Source: Pseudomonadota bacterium
Lineage (GTDB): Bacteria > Bdellovibrionota_B > Oligoflexia > Oligoflexales > RGVZ01
Direction: 5' to 3'
Assembly (NCBI GenBank): GCA_026390495.1
Contig: JAPLFV010000309.1
Coordinates: forward strand, 1-43,893
DNA length: 43,893 nucleotides
In this document: positions 1 to 9,950 of the stretch, one piece after another
Layout of the letters: each line of letters starts with the position of its first letter
How positions within the stretch are numbered: the first letter of the stretch is position 1
Notes under the pieces: model-generated
What the model was told of the DNA's origin: nothing
The model's database searches: none
The model's input: only the letters and a program-made list of their open reading frames with translations
Translations under genes and position numbers: made by a program

Positions 1-1
1 G

Positions 2-100
2 GAGGGATACAACAACGTCGCAAAGCTAATAAAAAAGAGAGCTTACGGATACAGGTCTTTCGAAAATTATAGACTTAGGTTATTAAACGCTTGTGCCTGA
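2..100 (+). mobile_element. 3' end of an ISL3-family transposase ORF; the rest lies upstream of the window
   Basis: Frame 2 reads EGYNNVAKLIKKRAYGYRSFENYRLRLLNACA*. The KRxAYG(F/Y)RxFxN(F/Y)xxR tail matches the conserved C-terminus of ISL3/IS1001-type DDE transposases. Confidence 0.6.
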
Positions 101-162
101 AGGGTTCTGACAGGGACCCACCATGAAGTGAGAAGAAAGTATAAAATGAAAAGATGCAAGTA

Positions 163-239
163 TGGTGGCGAAGGGGAGAGTCGAACCCCCGACCTGTGGG
201 TTATGAATCCACCGCTCTAACCATCTGAGCTACCTCGCC
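163..239 (-). tRNA. tRNA with CAU anticodon: elongator tRNA-Met, or possibly tRNA-Ile2 (lysidine). CCA is encoded.
   Basis: The reverse complement is GGCGAGGTAGCTCAGATGGTTAGAGCGGTGGATTCATAACCCACAGGTCGGGGGTTCGACTCTCCCCTTCGCCACCA. It forms a cloverleaf with a GGCGAGG/CTTCGCC acceptor stem, a GGTTCGA T-loop and a TTCATAA anticodon loop. Confidence 0.9.
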
Positions 240-283
240 GTAAAACCAGAAGTCCTCCTTTTTAGAAGAACCGAGCCAAAAAG

Positions 284-3200
284 TCAACGATATTGAGGCA
301 ATGAAATAGGTGTATGCTCAGATAAAAATTCCCTGTGATAATCAAGGGCTTGCACATAAGCGATCATTTTTTCCATGTTTGTAATCAACGAACAACCAAA
401 TCTCGTTGCTGCCTGGCGAATGGTCCTGCCGTGAGTTAACTCCGTTGACTGGAGATTTTTTGGGATATTCAATACAAAATCGACTTTCTTAGTCCTTATT
501 AGTTCTACGGGATCCAATCCCGGTTCACCTGGCCATGCCACAACTTGACAAGGAATATCGTGGCTTTTCAAAAAACTATGCGTTCCCTCTGTTCCATATA
601 GGGGGATGCCCAATGCATGTAGCTTTTTCGCCCAGGGCAAAAATTTATGTTTTTCTTGCTCCGGACCTGCGCTCACTAATACACCATTCTTCGGGGCAAA
701 AATTTTCGATGCTTCCATAGCCAGTAAATAAGCTGATTCAAAATCAGCACCAATACATCCAACCTCGCCGGTAGACGCCATTTCAACACCAAGCAATGGA
801 TCTACACCGGCAAGCCTCGTAAAACTAAATAAAGCAGCCTTTACTCCCACATGTGGCAAATCATCTTCATTGATACGCGCCAAGCGGGGAATGTTGCCGA
901 TCATAATATCTGTGGCAGCTTCAGCTAAATTGAGTCCAATGACTTTTGACACAAATGGAAATGATCTCGCAGCCCTAGCATTGCATTCGATCACTTGAAT
1001 ATGGTTCGAACGTGCCAGAAATTGAATATTGAAAGGTCCATTCAAATTTAGGCCTTTCGCTATTTTATGTGCGGCTCTTCGAATGCGCCTAACGGTCTCC
1101 ACATAGAGTCGCTGTGCTGGCACGACAGTGGTTGCATCACCTGAATGAACTCCGGCATTTTCAATATGCTCACTCACAATAGATGTTAAAATTTCACCGT
1201 TTATGGCGACACCATCCAACTCAATTTCACGCGCCCCTAGGAGAAATTCACTGACGACAATCGGATAATCCGGACTGGCCGTTTCGGCCATAGAAAGATA
1301 TTGATTCAAAGAATTTCGATCATAGGCAACATTCATAGCTGCGCCCGACAAAACATAAGAAGGACGAACTAAAACAGGAAAGCCGACACTTTCTATAAAT
1401 TCATCAATTTGCTTTTGGTGAGTTGCACCAATCCAACGTGGCTGATCAATGTTAAGTTGATCTAAAAGTGTTGAAAACTTACTGCGATCCTCTGCCAAAT
1501 CGACAGTATCGGCACTGTGACCTAGTAACTTAATGCCGACTTTAGCAAGTGGGCGGGCCAATCGGTTCGGTAGTTGCCCACCCATTGAAGCAACGACACC
1601 ATCGACCTTTTCTGCCTCAACCACGTCTAAAACACGCTCCAAAGTCATCTCGTCAAAATAAAGACTATCGCTGCTACTATAATCCGTGGAGACAGTTTCT
1701 GGATTGCAGTTGATGACGATGCTTCTAAGACCTTCTTTTCGCAATTTTTCGCTACAACTGACCGCACACCAGTCAAACTCCACACTCGTTCCAATTCTAT
1801 AACTACCACAACCTAAAACCAATGCAGACCGCTTATCTAAAGTTGGCTTTAAATTTGGATCATCAACTTGAGCATGATAAGTCATGTAAAGATAATTTGA
1901 CTTAGAAGGGTATTCTCCAGCTGTAGTATCTATGCGCTTTGCCTTTGGAGTTATATTTAAAACTTTTCGACGATCACGAATCAAATGACTCCATGAAACC
2001 AATTGAGTTTGAGAAAAACTCAATGAACTGTTTAAAGCGCGACTTGCATGCGTTGCAATTTGTTGGTCTGAAAATCCAGATTTCTTCCAAGACAATAATT
2101 TTTCTGCGGTCAAAAGCTCCAGCGAATCTTTAAACACATTTACGTTATTTTGGTCTGTCATTGGCTTCATTGATTGATATATCGATGAAAACAATGTTTC
2201 AATTTCTATCTCGGTTCGGATAATTTCTTGCACTTTGGATAAAAACCATTTGTCAATGGATGTGAGGTCATAAATTCGTTCAAAATCCCAGCCTAATCGT
2301 AAAGCTCTTATCACAGCATAGAAGCGTGAATCAGTTGGGGACCGAAGGGATTGCTCTAGCTCTTCATGAGTGCATTCACTTCGAACCATGACTGCCAATC
2401 CAGCATCATCTTCTGTCACCATTCTTACAGCTTTCTGCATAGCTTCTGGAAAGCTTCGACCGATTGCCATAATCTCGCCAACCGACTTCATGGTCGATCC
2501 TAGCTCACGAGAAGCGCCTCTAAATTTACCCAAATCCCATCGCGGAAACTTGATGGTCACATAGTCCAAAGCAGGTTCGAAGTAAGCACAGGTAATACCA
2601 GTTACTGGATTCTTAATCTCTAAAAGGTCGAAACCTTGGACAACTTTTGCGGCAATATAAGCAATCGGATATCCTGATGCCTTGCTTGCAAGCGCTGAGG
2701 AGCGAGACAATCGTGCGTTAACTTCTATAACCACAAAATCAAGACTGTTTGGACTTAAAGCATATTGAACATTGCACTCGCCAACCACACCACACGTGTC
2801 GATGATCTTAATCGCTGCATTTCGCAACATTTGATATTCATCATCAGACAAAGATTGACTTGGGCATACGACAATAGAATCGCCGGTATGAATTCCCAAC
2901 GGATCAAAATTTTCCATATTGCAGATTGTTATCGTATTCCCTTGAGAATCTCGCATAACTTCGTATTCAACCTCTTTCCAACCCTTAAGAGATTTTTCGA
3001 CGAGCACTTGAGGGGAGCTTGCCAATGCCGCCCTCACCAGATTTGACAGTTCGTCACGATTAGATGCGAATCCACTTCCAAGCCCTCCACAGGCATAGGC
3101 GGCACGCACAATCACAGGATATCCAACCTTGTCTGCTGCGTTCACGGCCTGAGCTTCGGTTTCACAAGCGACGCTGGCAGGGACAGGAATGCCAATCTCT

Positions 3201-3628
3201 CGCATCTTATTTGCGAACAAGTCTCGATCTTCAGTTAACTTTAAAGTTTCAACTGGCGTGCCAAGATTCAGCACGCGATGCTTCGCTAATATTCCTTGAT
3301 CTTCCAATGCCACCAAACAGTTTAATGCTGTTTGACCGCCAAACCCGGCGACTATTGCGTCTGGTTTTTCTATCTCAAAAATTCGCTCAACCCATTTTGG
3401 TTCGACCGGATACAAATAAATTTTTACATCTGGTTGAGGATTTGTCTGAACGGTTGCAATATTTGGATTGATGACAATGACTTCATTGCCGCACTCAATC
3501 AACGCTTTAATTGCTTGAGTGCCAGAATAATCAAATTCCCCAGCCTGACCAATAGTCAAACCACCAGATCCTAAGAGAACAATTTTTGGCTTACGATTCA
3601 ATTTTGCTAGGCACTCTAATTTAGGCAT
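284..3628 (-). CDS. carB: carbamoyl-phosphate synthase large subunit
   Basis: 1114-aa ORF with two ATP-grasp halves. Motifs are [20 protein letters not shown] and, in the second half, [16 protein letters not shown], plus a C-terminal MGS-like domain. It starts 3 nt after the carA stop. Confidence 0.97.
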   Translation of the reverse strand: [1114 protein letters not shown]

Positions 3629-3631
3629 GTT

Positions 3632-4789
3632 CTAAATCTCCTTCACAAATTGCTCTATAATCCAACCCGTGTCACGTGGCCCGCCCGCTGCTTCAGGATG
3701 AAACTGAACGCTTCGCTGAGGCTTAGTCACATGCCGCAAACCTTCGACAGTGAAATCATTTGCATTTATAAACCAGGGCACCCAGCCTTCTGGCAAAGTT
3801 TTATCTACAACCACATATCCATGGTTTTGACTGGTAATATAACCTTTACGTGTTCCTACCAATTGCACCGGTTGATTATGGCTACGATGACCATATTGCA
3901 TTCGTTCGGTTGAGGCGCCTATCGAAAGAGCCAATAGTTGATGGCCAAGACAAATACCTAATATTGGAATATTAGATTGAGTTAAATGTGAAATTCGTTG
4001 CCTTAAATCGCCTGTTTTAGTTGGATCACCTGGGCCATTTGAAAGAAGCCAGCCAGAGCAATCTACGTTAGCTAGATCTGTATCCCATGGAACCAACTCG
4101 ACCTCTGCTCCATGTTGCAGGACCTGGCGCACAATGTTCCACTTTACTCCACAATCCAAAAGTGCAATTCGCTTTGCCCGCTGTCCATTTCCTGTTTTTG
4201 GCAAAATGACACGTCGCTCTTTACAAGAAACAGCTGGCAAAACATTATGTGACGAAGGATCAAAAAAAACCGCCTCATTTTGGGGCGGCTTACTGATGAC
4301 TTCAATTTGACTCGTCAAAGGATTCTTAAATCCAAGAGATCTTTCAGGAATGACGCGCCCTAAAAGTCCGCCATGTTCGCGTATCAGGTGCACTAACTGT
4401 CTAGGATCTAAACAAGTAATACCGGGAACTCCCTGCTCCAAAAGCCATTTATCTAAAGTTTGATGACTGGTCCAATGAAATGCCTCAGCACTATCTATTG
4501 CTAAAATAACGGCAGAGGCGTGAACCTTATTGCTCTCAAAGCCTCTAGAATCCTCGATACTAATGCTAGGAGTCAATTTTGGAATTCCATAATTGCCAAT
4601 CAACGGATACGTAAATACTAAAATCTGACCGAAATAAGACGGGTCAGTTAAAGCTTCACTGTATCCAACCATTCCAGTCGTAAATACAAGCTCACCGGAA
4701 GTTTCAAATGGGGCACCAATTAACTGGCCTTGGAAGGATTGGCCGTTTGACAGGCTCAGGGTACACTTCGACTCTTGGGGTGTGGGCAT
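3632..4789 (-). CDS. carA: carbamoyl-phosphate synthase small (glutaminase) subunit
   Basis: Motifs [39 protein letters not shown] (catalytic Cys) and QFHPEA. I prefer the ATG at 4789, preceded by GAGGTG, over the TTG at 4810 used in the ORF track. Confidence 0.95.
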   Translation of the reverse strand: [385 protein letters not shown]

Positions 4790-5185
4790 GTTTGCACCTC
4801 GGGGTCTCAAATGTTAAAGAAAATTTCAAGGAATCGGCACACTTTATCTCAAGAATAATTTTTATGCCATTTTTATTTATATTTTAGAGATCAAAAACCG
4901 CATATTAGGCAGATCAAAGGTTAATCAAATATAAAATTCCATGAAATGATCGTATACATTAACTCAAATCAAAGTCTATCTGAGCCCCATACAGTCATTT
5001 AAGTTGTTTCTCGACTCCGAAGGCATAAGCAAAAAGTTTGGAAAAAAATTGGAAAATTCACCCTATAGACATGTAAGTTTGCCTATGATTTAGTGTAGAC
5101 GCAATTTTTGCGCTTTAGACGACGCATCGTATTTGACGATGAAAAGCGTTTATTTAAGACCTTTTGACCTAAAGGATTATTATCT

Positions 5186-6367
5186 ATGACATCACAACAA
5201 ACAGTCATTTTATACGCTGGGCGAACTGCCATAGGAAAGTTAAGTGGTGCCTTCGCGGGAACACCTGCACCTCAACTGGGGGCCGCGTTAGTTAAAGACG
5301 CTTTGAAAAAAACTGGTCTTGATGGCGAAAAGATCGATGAAATAATTATGGGTCAGGTTTTAACTGCGGGTGTTGGGCAAGCTCCTGCTAGGCAAACTGC
5401 TATTTACGGTGGACTACCAAAATCCGTCTGCGCCACGACTCTTAATCGAGTATGTGGTTCTGGTCTTAAATCTGTGATGCTTGCTGATCAAGCCATAAGA
5501 TTGGGAGATGCTGAAATCGTTTTAGCCGGCGGACAAGAAAATATGACCTTAGCGCCCCATCTATTACCTGGATCTCGAAGTGGATTTAAATTTGGAAGCG
5601 TTGAACTAAAAGATCATATGCAGTTTGACGGGCTATGGGATCCCTACTCAAACGTAGCGATGGGCAATTGCGGAGAGGAATGCGCTAAAAAATATTCCTT
5701 TTCGAGAGAAGCTCAAGATGAGTTTGCTTTAGAGAGCTACAAACGCGCACGAGAAGCGACCGAATCTAAAATCTTTGAAAAGGAAATTGTTCCATTTGAA
5801 ATCACTTCAAAAAAGGGGAGCACTTTAGTTGCGACTGATGAAGAACCCTTTGCCTCTGACCTAAATCGACTGAGAGAATTGCGACCGGCTTTTGATAAGA
5901 ACGGCACCATTACTGCAGGAAATGCTAGTTCGATCAATGATGGAGCAGCGCTGCTAATGCTTTCGAGCGAGAATGTCGCCAAGAAAGAGGGATTAAAGCC
6001 AATCGCAAAAATTATTGCCCAAGCTAGCCATGCACAAGAACCAACATGGTTTACTACAGCCCCAATTGCATGCATTGAAAAGGTATTGAAAAAGGCAAAT
6101 CTAAAGGTGTCTGACATTGACCTTTTCGAAATCAATGAAGCTTTTGCTGTTGTCACTATGGCCGCCATTAAAGATCTTGGCTTAAGATCTGATCAAGTCA
6201 ATGTGTTTGGTGGCGCTGTGGCTCTTGGACATCCAATCGGAGCCAGTGGTGCAAGAGTTGTCGTCACATTGCTAAATGCCCTAAGAGCAAAGGGCAAAAA
6301 AAGAGGAATAGCAACCCTGTGCATCGGCGGCGGCGAAGCAAGTGCTATTTTGGTAGAACTTCTTTAA
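5186..6367 (+). CDS. acetyl-CoA C-acetyltransferase (thiolase II)
   Basis: 393 aa with thiolase motifs NRVCGSGLKS (active-site Cys), NEAFA and GGAVALGHPIGASGAR, and CIGGGEA near the C-terminus. Confidence 0.95.
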   Translation: MTSQQTVILYAGRTAIGKLSGAFAGTPAPQLGAALVKDALKKTGLDGEKIDEIIMGQVLTAGVGQAPARQTAIYGGLPKSVCATTLNRVCGSGLKSVMLADQAIRLGDAEIVLAGGQENMTLAPHLLPGSRSGFKFGSVELKDHMQFDGLWDPYSNVAMGNCGEECAKKYSFSREAQDEFALESYKRAREATESKIFEKEIVPFEITSKKGSTLVATDEEPFASDLNRLRELRPAFDKNGTITAGNASSINDGAALLMLSSENVAKKEGLKPIAKIIAQASHAQEPTWFTTAPIACIEKVLKKANLKVSDIDLFEINEAFAVVTMAAIKDLGLRSDQVNVFGGAVALGHPIGASGARVVVTLLNALRAKGKKRGIATLCIGGGEASAILVELL

Positions 6368-6405
6368 AGAAGAATTCTAACCTTTCAATTTAGCTAGGAG
6401 ATATT

Positions 6406-7080
6406 GTGAAAACTAAGAAAAAGACGGTTGTATTGATAGACGATCATGAAGTCGTTCGAGCTGGACTTAGCACAATCATTTCTGCCGAAAACGACTTGAC
6501 TGTAGTTGCTCAAAAATCTGATGCAATATCTGGCTTAGATTGCATCAAAAGCCATTTACCTGATATTGCGGTGCTAGATATTAATATGCCTGGCGCTGGA
6601 TCTTTTGATATGGCTTCAAAGGCAATGTCAATTCATCCGGATTTGAAAGTGATATTTTTGACTGCTCACGATACAGATGCAAATTTAGAAATGGCGATTA
6701 AATCTGGTGCATCGGGATTTATCACTAAATCAGAATCTCTTACTTCTATCGTTGAAGGCATCAGACAGTCCCTATCGGCATCAATCCCTTATTTTTCAGC
6801 TGATATTCGTAAAAGACTTCTACAAAATCAGGTAATCGATGAAAAGGGTAATATTTTAAAAACAGATGTACTTCAAAAACATCAGATTCTGTCGCAAAGA
6901 GAAAAGGAAATACTTTTTCACGTCGCTTCCGGCAAATCTGCCAAACAAATTGCATCGACCCTACACATTAGTTCGAAAACTGTTGAAAGACATAAATCGA
7001 ATATTATGGCAAAACTTCAATTGCGCACTCAAGTCGAGCTCACGAAATATGCGATTAAAGAAGGAATTATTGCTGTATAA
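6406..7080 (+). CDS. NarL/FixJ (LuxR-type) two-component response regulator
   Basis: N-terminal receiver domain (VVLIDDHEVV ... VLDINMPG) and C-terminal LuxR HTH (LSQREKEILFHVASGKSAKQIASTLHISSKTVERHKSNIMAKL). GTG start preceded by AGGAG. Confidence 0.9.
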   Translation: MKTKKKTVVLIDDHEVVRAGLSTIISAENDLTVVAQKSDAISGLDCIKSHLPDIAVLDINMPGAGSFDMASKAMSIHPDLKVIFLTAHDTDANLEMAIKSGASGFITKSESLTSIVEGIRQSLSASIPYFSADIRKRLLQNQVIDEKGNILKTDVLQKHQILSQREKEILFHVASGKSAKQIASTLHISSKTVERHKSNIMAKLQLRTQVELTKYAIKEGIIAV

Positions 7081-7124
7081 TTCAAAATAAAACGCAAATC
7101 GTTAACCAGCTACTGGAGAAGGAT

Positions 7125-7361
7125 TTGAAAAAGTCGACAACTGATTCCAGTCAAAAATCGAATCCTGAAAAAGATTGTTCTAAGGCGGAACTATTAAGAC
7201 AAAATTCTCAGTCAAACAGGAACGATGATTCAGCCGATCACTACATTGATGCAGAAAGCGGATTTTTAGTTTTCACAAAATCCTACCACTTAAAAAGAGG
7301 GTATTGCTGCAAATCCATCTGCAGGCATTGCCCTTGGAATTATAAGGGTGAAATCAAATGA
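7125..7361 (+). CDS. small Cys-rich protein, DUF5522-like
   Basis: 78 aa with a TTG start after GGAGAAGGA. The C-terminal GYCCKSICRHCPWNY matches the CCxxxCRHCP(Y/W) signature I associate with DUF5522. Confidence 0.55.
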   Translation: MKKSTTDSSQKSNPEKDCSKAELLRQNSQSNRNDDSADHYIDAESGFLVFTKSYHLKRGYCCKSICRHCPWNYKGEIK

Positions 7362-7381
7362 TCTTTATATCCAAAAAAGAC

Positions 7382-9034
7382 TCAACCTTTGTGCACTGAA
7401 AGTACCGAACGTCCAGATGGATCATTAATTTTAAACGATGCATCCCATAAAAACGCCTCAGGGGAACTACAAGCTATGGTGGGCCCACCGGGTACAGTAT
7501 TGATGGCAGATGGAAGTTTAAAATGATTTTCAAACATTTGCCGATACATAAACGCCTCTTTGGACATTGGGGTATTCACAGGAAATATTTTATCAGCTTT
7601 GCTGAACTCTCCATCGGACACCACAGACTCAGCATGTTTTTTGAGTGAATCTATCCAAGAATATCCAACTCCATCAGAAAATTGTTCTTTTTGCCTCCAC
7701 AAAATCTCGTCGGGAATGAAACCCTTAAAAGCATCTCGCAAAATATGCTTTTCAATTCGCCCGTTGACACATAATTTCTCTTGAGGATTGATTGACATCG
7801 CAACATCCAAAAATCGCTTATCCAAGAATGGAACGCGTGCCTCTACCCCCCAGGCAGCCATTGCTTTATTTGCTCTCAAACAATCGAAAAGGTGCAATCG
7901 GTCAAGTTTACGAACGGTTTCATTGTGCAGCTCCTTTGCATTTGGCGCTTTGTGAAAGTATAGATATCCACCAAACACTTCATCGGCACCTTCTCCAGAC
8001 AAAACCATTTTAATACCCATCGCCTTAATCTTACGAGCCATTAAAAACATGGGTGTTGAAGCTCTAATTGATGTGACATCAAAGGTTTCAATGTGAAAGA
8101 TCACATCACTGAGCGCATCTAAACCTTCTTGAATTGTAAAATTCAACTCGTGATGGACAGATCTAATAAAGCTAGCCACTTTCTTTGCGGCGGCTAAATC
8201 CGGCGCACCTTTTAAGCCGACTGAAAACGTGTGCAATTGAGGCCACCAGGCTGCCGACTGATCGTTGTCTTCGACTCGGCGCTCTGCAAACTTCTTCGCA
8301 ATAGACGCAATCAAAGAAGAATCTAATCCCCCAGATAGCAAAACGCCGTAAGGAACATCAGTCATCAAATGATCTTTCACGGATGCCATGAGCGCAGGTT
8401 TAAGGTCGCCGAGTGAATTTTGACTCGATTCAACATGTTCATAACGCATCCACGGGCGAGTATAATATTTCTTTAGTCCATTCACAGAATCCATTTGGTG
8501 CCCCGGAGGAAACAAATCAACTGATTTACAGTGGGGTTCAATGGCCTTTAATTCAGAAGAAACCAAAAAATTCCCGTTCGCATCATGACCCGTATAAAGT
8601 GGAATGATTCCTAAGTGATCTCGGGCAATGAAATAATTCTTTTTGGTCTTGTCATATAAAATGAACGCAAACATCCCCTGCAACTTGTCTACAAAATTAA
8701 TTCCTTCTTCAAGGTAGAGCGCAATGATCACTTCACAATCGGATTTTGTTTTGAAGGGATAGGGATTCTTTAGACCCAATGCAAGTTCTTTATGATTATA
8801 AATCTCTCCATTGACGGCTAAAATAATGTTCTCATCTTGACTGGTCAGTGGTTGCGCGCCACTCTCGGGATCTACAATGGCCAGTCTTTCATGGGCCAAT
8901 ATGGCATTTGTGTCAGAATAGATCCCAGTCCAATCTGGACCACGGTGTCGTTGCACCTTACTCATCAACAAAGCTTTTTTTCTCAGCTCTGCAACATCGG
9001 TCTTAATATCTAAAATCCCTAGAATTGAGCACAT
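7382..9034 (-). CDS. asnB: asparagine synthase B (glutamine-hydrolysing)
   Basis: 550 aa. It has the N-terminal MCSILGILD Ntn-amidotransferase start (Cys2) and the SGGLDSS PP-loop, and resembles E. coli AsnB along its length. Confidence 0.95.
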   Translation of the reverse strand: MCSILGILDIKTDVAELRKKALLMSKVQRHRGPDWTGIYSDTNAILAHERLAIVDPESGAQPLTSQDENIILAVNGEIYNHKELALGLKNPYPFKTKSDCEVIIALYLEEGINFVDKLQGMFAFILYDKTKKNYFIARDHLGIIPLYTGHDANGNFLVSSELKAIEPHCKSVDLFPPGHQMDSVNGLKKYYTRPWMRYEHVESSQNSLGDLKPALMASVKDHLMTDVPYGVLLSGGLDSSLIASIAKKFAERRVEDNDQSAAWWPQLHTFSVGLKGAPDLAAAKKVASFIRSVHHELNFTIQEGLDALSDVIFHIETFDVTSIRASTPMFLMARKIKAMGIKMVLSGEGADEVFGGYLYFHKAPNAKELHNETVRKLDRLHLFDCLRANKAMAAWGVEARVPFLDKRFLDVAMSINPQEKLCVNGRIEKHILRDAFKGFIPDEILWRQKEQFSDGVGYSWIDSLKKHAESVVSDGEFSKADKIFPVNTPMSKEAFMYRQMFENHFKLPSAINTVPGGPTIACSSPEAFLWDASFKINDPSGRSVLSVHKG

Positions 9035-9058
9035 AATTCGAATCCTTATATTTTAAAA

Positions 9059-9113
9059 GTGCCAGTCGTACGGCACCGGTTTATAATTTCTACAGGTGCC
9101 GTACGACTGGCAC
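9059..9113 (-). terminator. 19-bp perfect-stem hairpin, probably an intrinsic terminator after the dioxygenase gene
   Basis: GTGCCAGTCGTACGGCACC (9059..9077) pairs perfectly with GGTGCCGTACGACTGGCAC (9095..9113), with a 17-nt loop. It sits between the dioxygenase stop (9126) and the asnB start (9034). Only a short TTTT run follows on the minus strand. Confidence 0.55.
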
Positions 9114-9125
9114 TTCTTAAGTTCA

Positions 9126-9950
9126 TCAATCCCCAAACCTGAATGCAGATACTGTCCAGCCCCCAAAGACATTTTCCTCATGATATATCAATCGCCCCTG
9201 TTCGTCCTCAGCAGCACCAACGGCAACCATCAATGGAATCAAGTGGTCTTCTCGAGGATGCGCAACTCTGGCGAATGGTGCGTCCTCCCACTTCGATAAT
9301 GCAACATTTCGATCATCGCCAGAGCGGTTAACCACAATGCCTTGAAGCCATTTGTCAAATGCCATCGACGGCTCTTTCGCCTTTGGACCCATCAAGCCTA
9401 AATTGTGAAAACTAAGTCCGCTACCGACAATCAGAATGTTCTCATCTCGAAGTTTCCTCAATGCTCGACCTAAACGAAGATGCTCATTAGGCGAAAAGGA
9501 TCGCTTTATCGACATTTGGATCACTGGCACGTCCGCATTCGGATACATGACTTGGGTGACACAAAAAGTTCCATGATCAAATCCCCGCACTTGTTGAACG
9601 TTAACTTTGACACCAACTTCATTGGCCAAATGTGCTACTTGCTCGCCGACAGCGCTCGAACCACGCGCAGGATAAACAACTTTGTAAGTATGAGGCGGAA
9701 ATCCTCCGTAATCGTAAATCATCCCAGGATTTTCATCGGTCGATACACAAAACTCAGATTCGATCCAATGGGCAGTAACGAGTAATATTGCCGCTGGCTT
9801 CATGGGCAATGATGCCGGTAAAGAAGTCAGTGAGTCAAAAAGCTTATCCCAAACTCCAGGCATTTCTTCCATCATCCATGGCCAAGGGCCTCCACCATGG
9901 GAGAGAAACAGCACTGGTTGTTTTTTATTCAGATGTTCGGGTAGTTTCAA
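9126..9950 (-). CDS. class III extradiol ring-cleavage dioxygenase (LigB/DODA-like family)
   Basis: 274 aa with motifs LFLSHGGGPWP, LLVTAHW and VGSGLSFHNL, which are typical of the LigB/4,5-DOPA-dioxygenase fold. Substrate unknown. Confidence 0.65.
   Translation of the reverse strand: MKLPEHLNKKQPVLFLSHGGGPWPWMMEEMPGVWDKLFDSLTSLPASLPMKPAAILLVTAHWIESEFCVSTDENPGMIYDYGGFPPHTYKVVYPARGSSAVGEQVAHLANEVGVKVNVQQVRGFDHGTFCVTQVMYPNADVPVIQMSIKRSFSPNEHLRLGRALRKLRDENILIVGSGLSFHNLGLMGPKAKEPSMAFDKWLQGIVVNRSGDDRNVALSKWEDAPFARVAHPREDHLIPLMVAVGAAEDEQGRLIYHEENVFGGWTVSAFRFGD

Noticed and set aside
535-3574. Six plus-strand ORFs of 61-135 aa (535..720, 1939..2133, 2370..2564, 2765..3046, 3064..3471, 3332..3574) inside carB
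   Set aside because: All are antisense to a very well supported carB frame. They have low-complexity or odd composition and no recognisable motifs, which is typical of shadow ORFs.
3632-4810. Longer carA ORF starting at the TTG at 4810 (MRPRGAN...)
   Set aside because: The ATG at 4789 is preceded by GAGGTG at proper spacing, and conserved CarA sequence begins after it. The 7 extra codons have no support.
5737-6168. 143-aa minus-strand ORF inside the thiolase gene
   Set aside because: It is antisense to a strongly conserved thiolase frame. Its Ala/Ser-rich translation is characteristic of a mirror frame.
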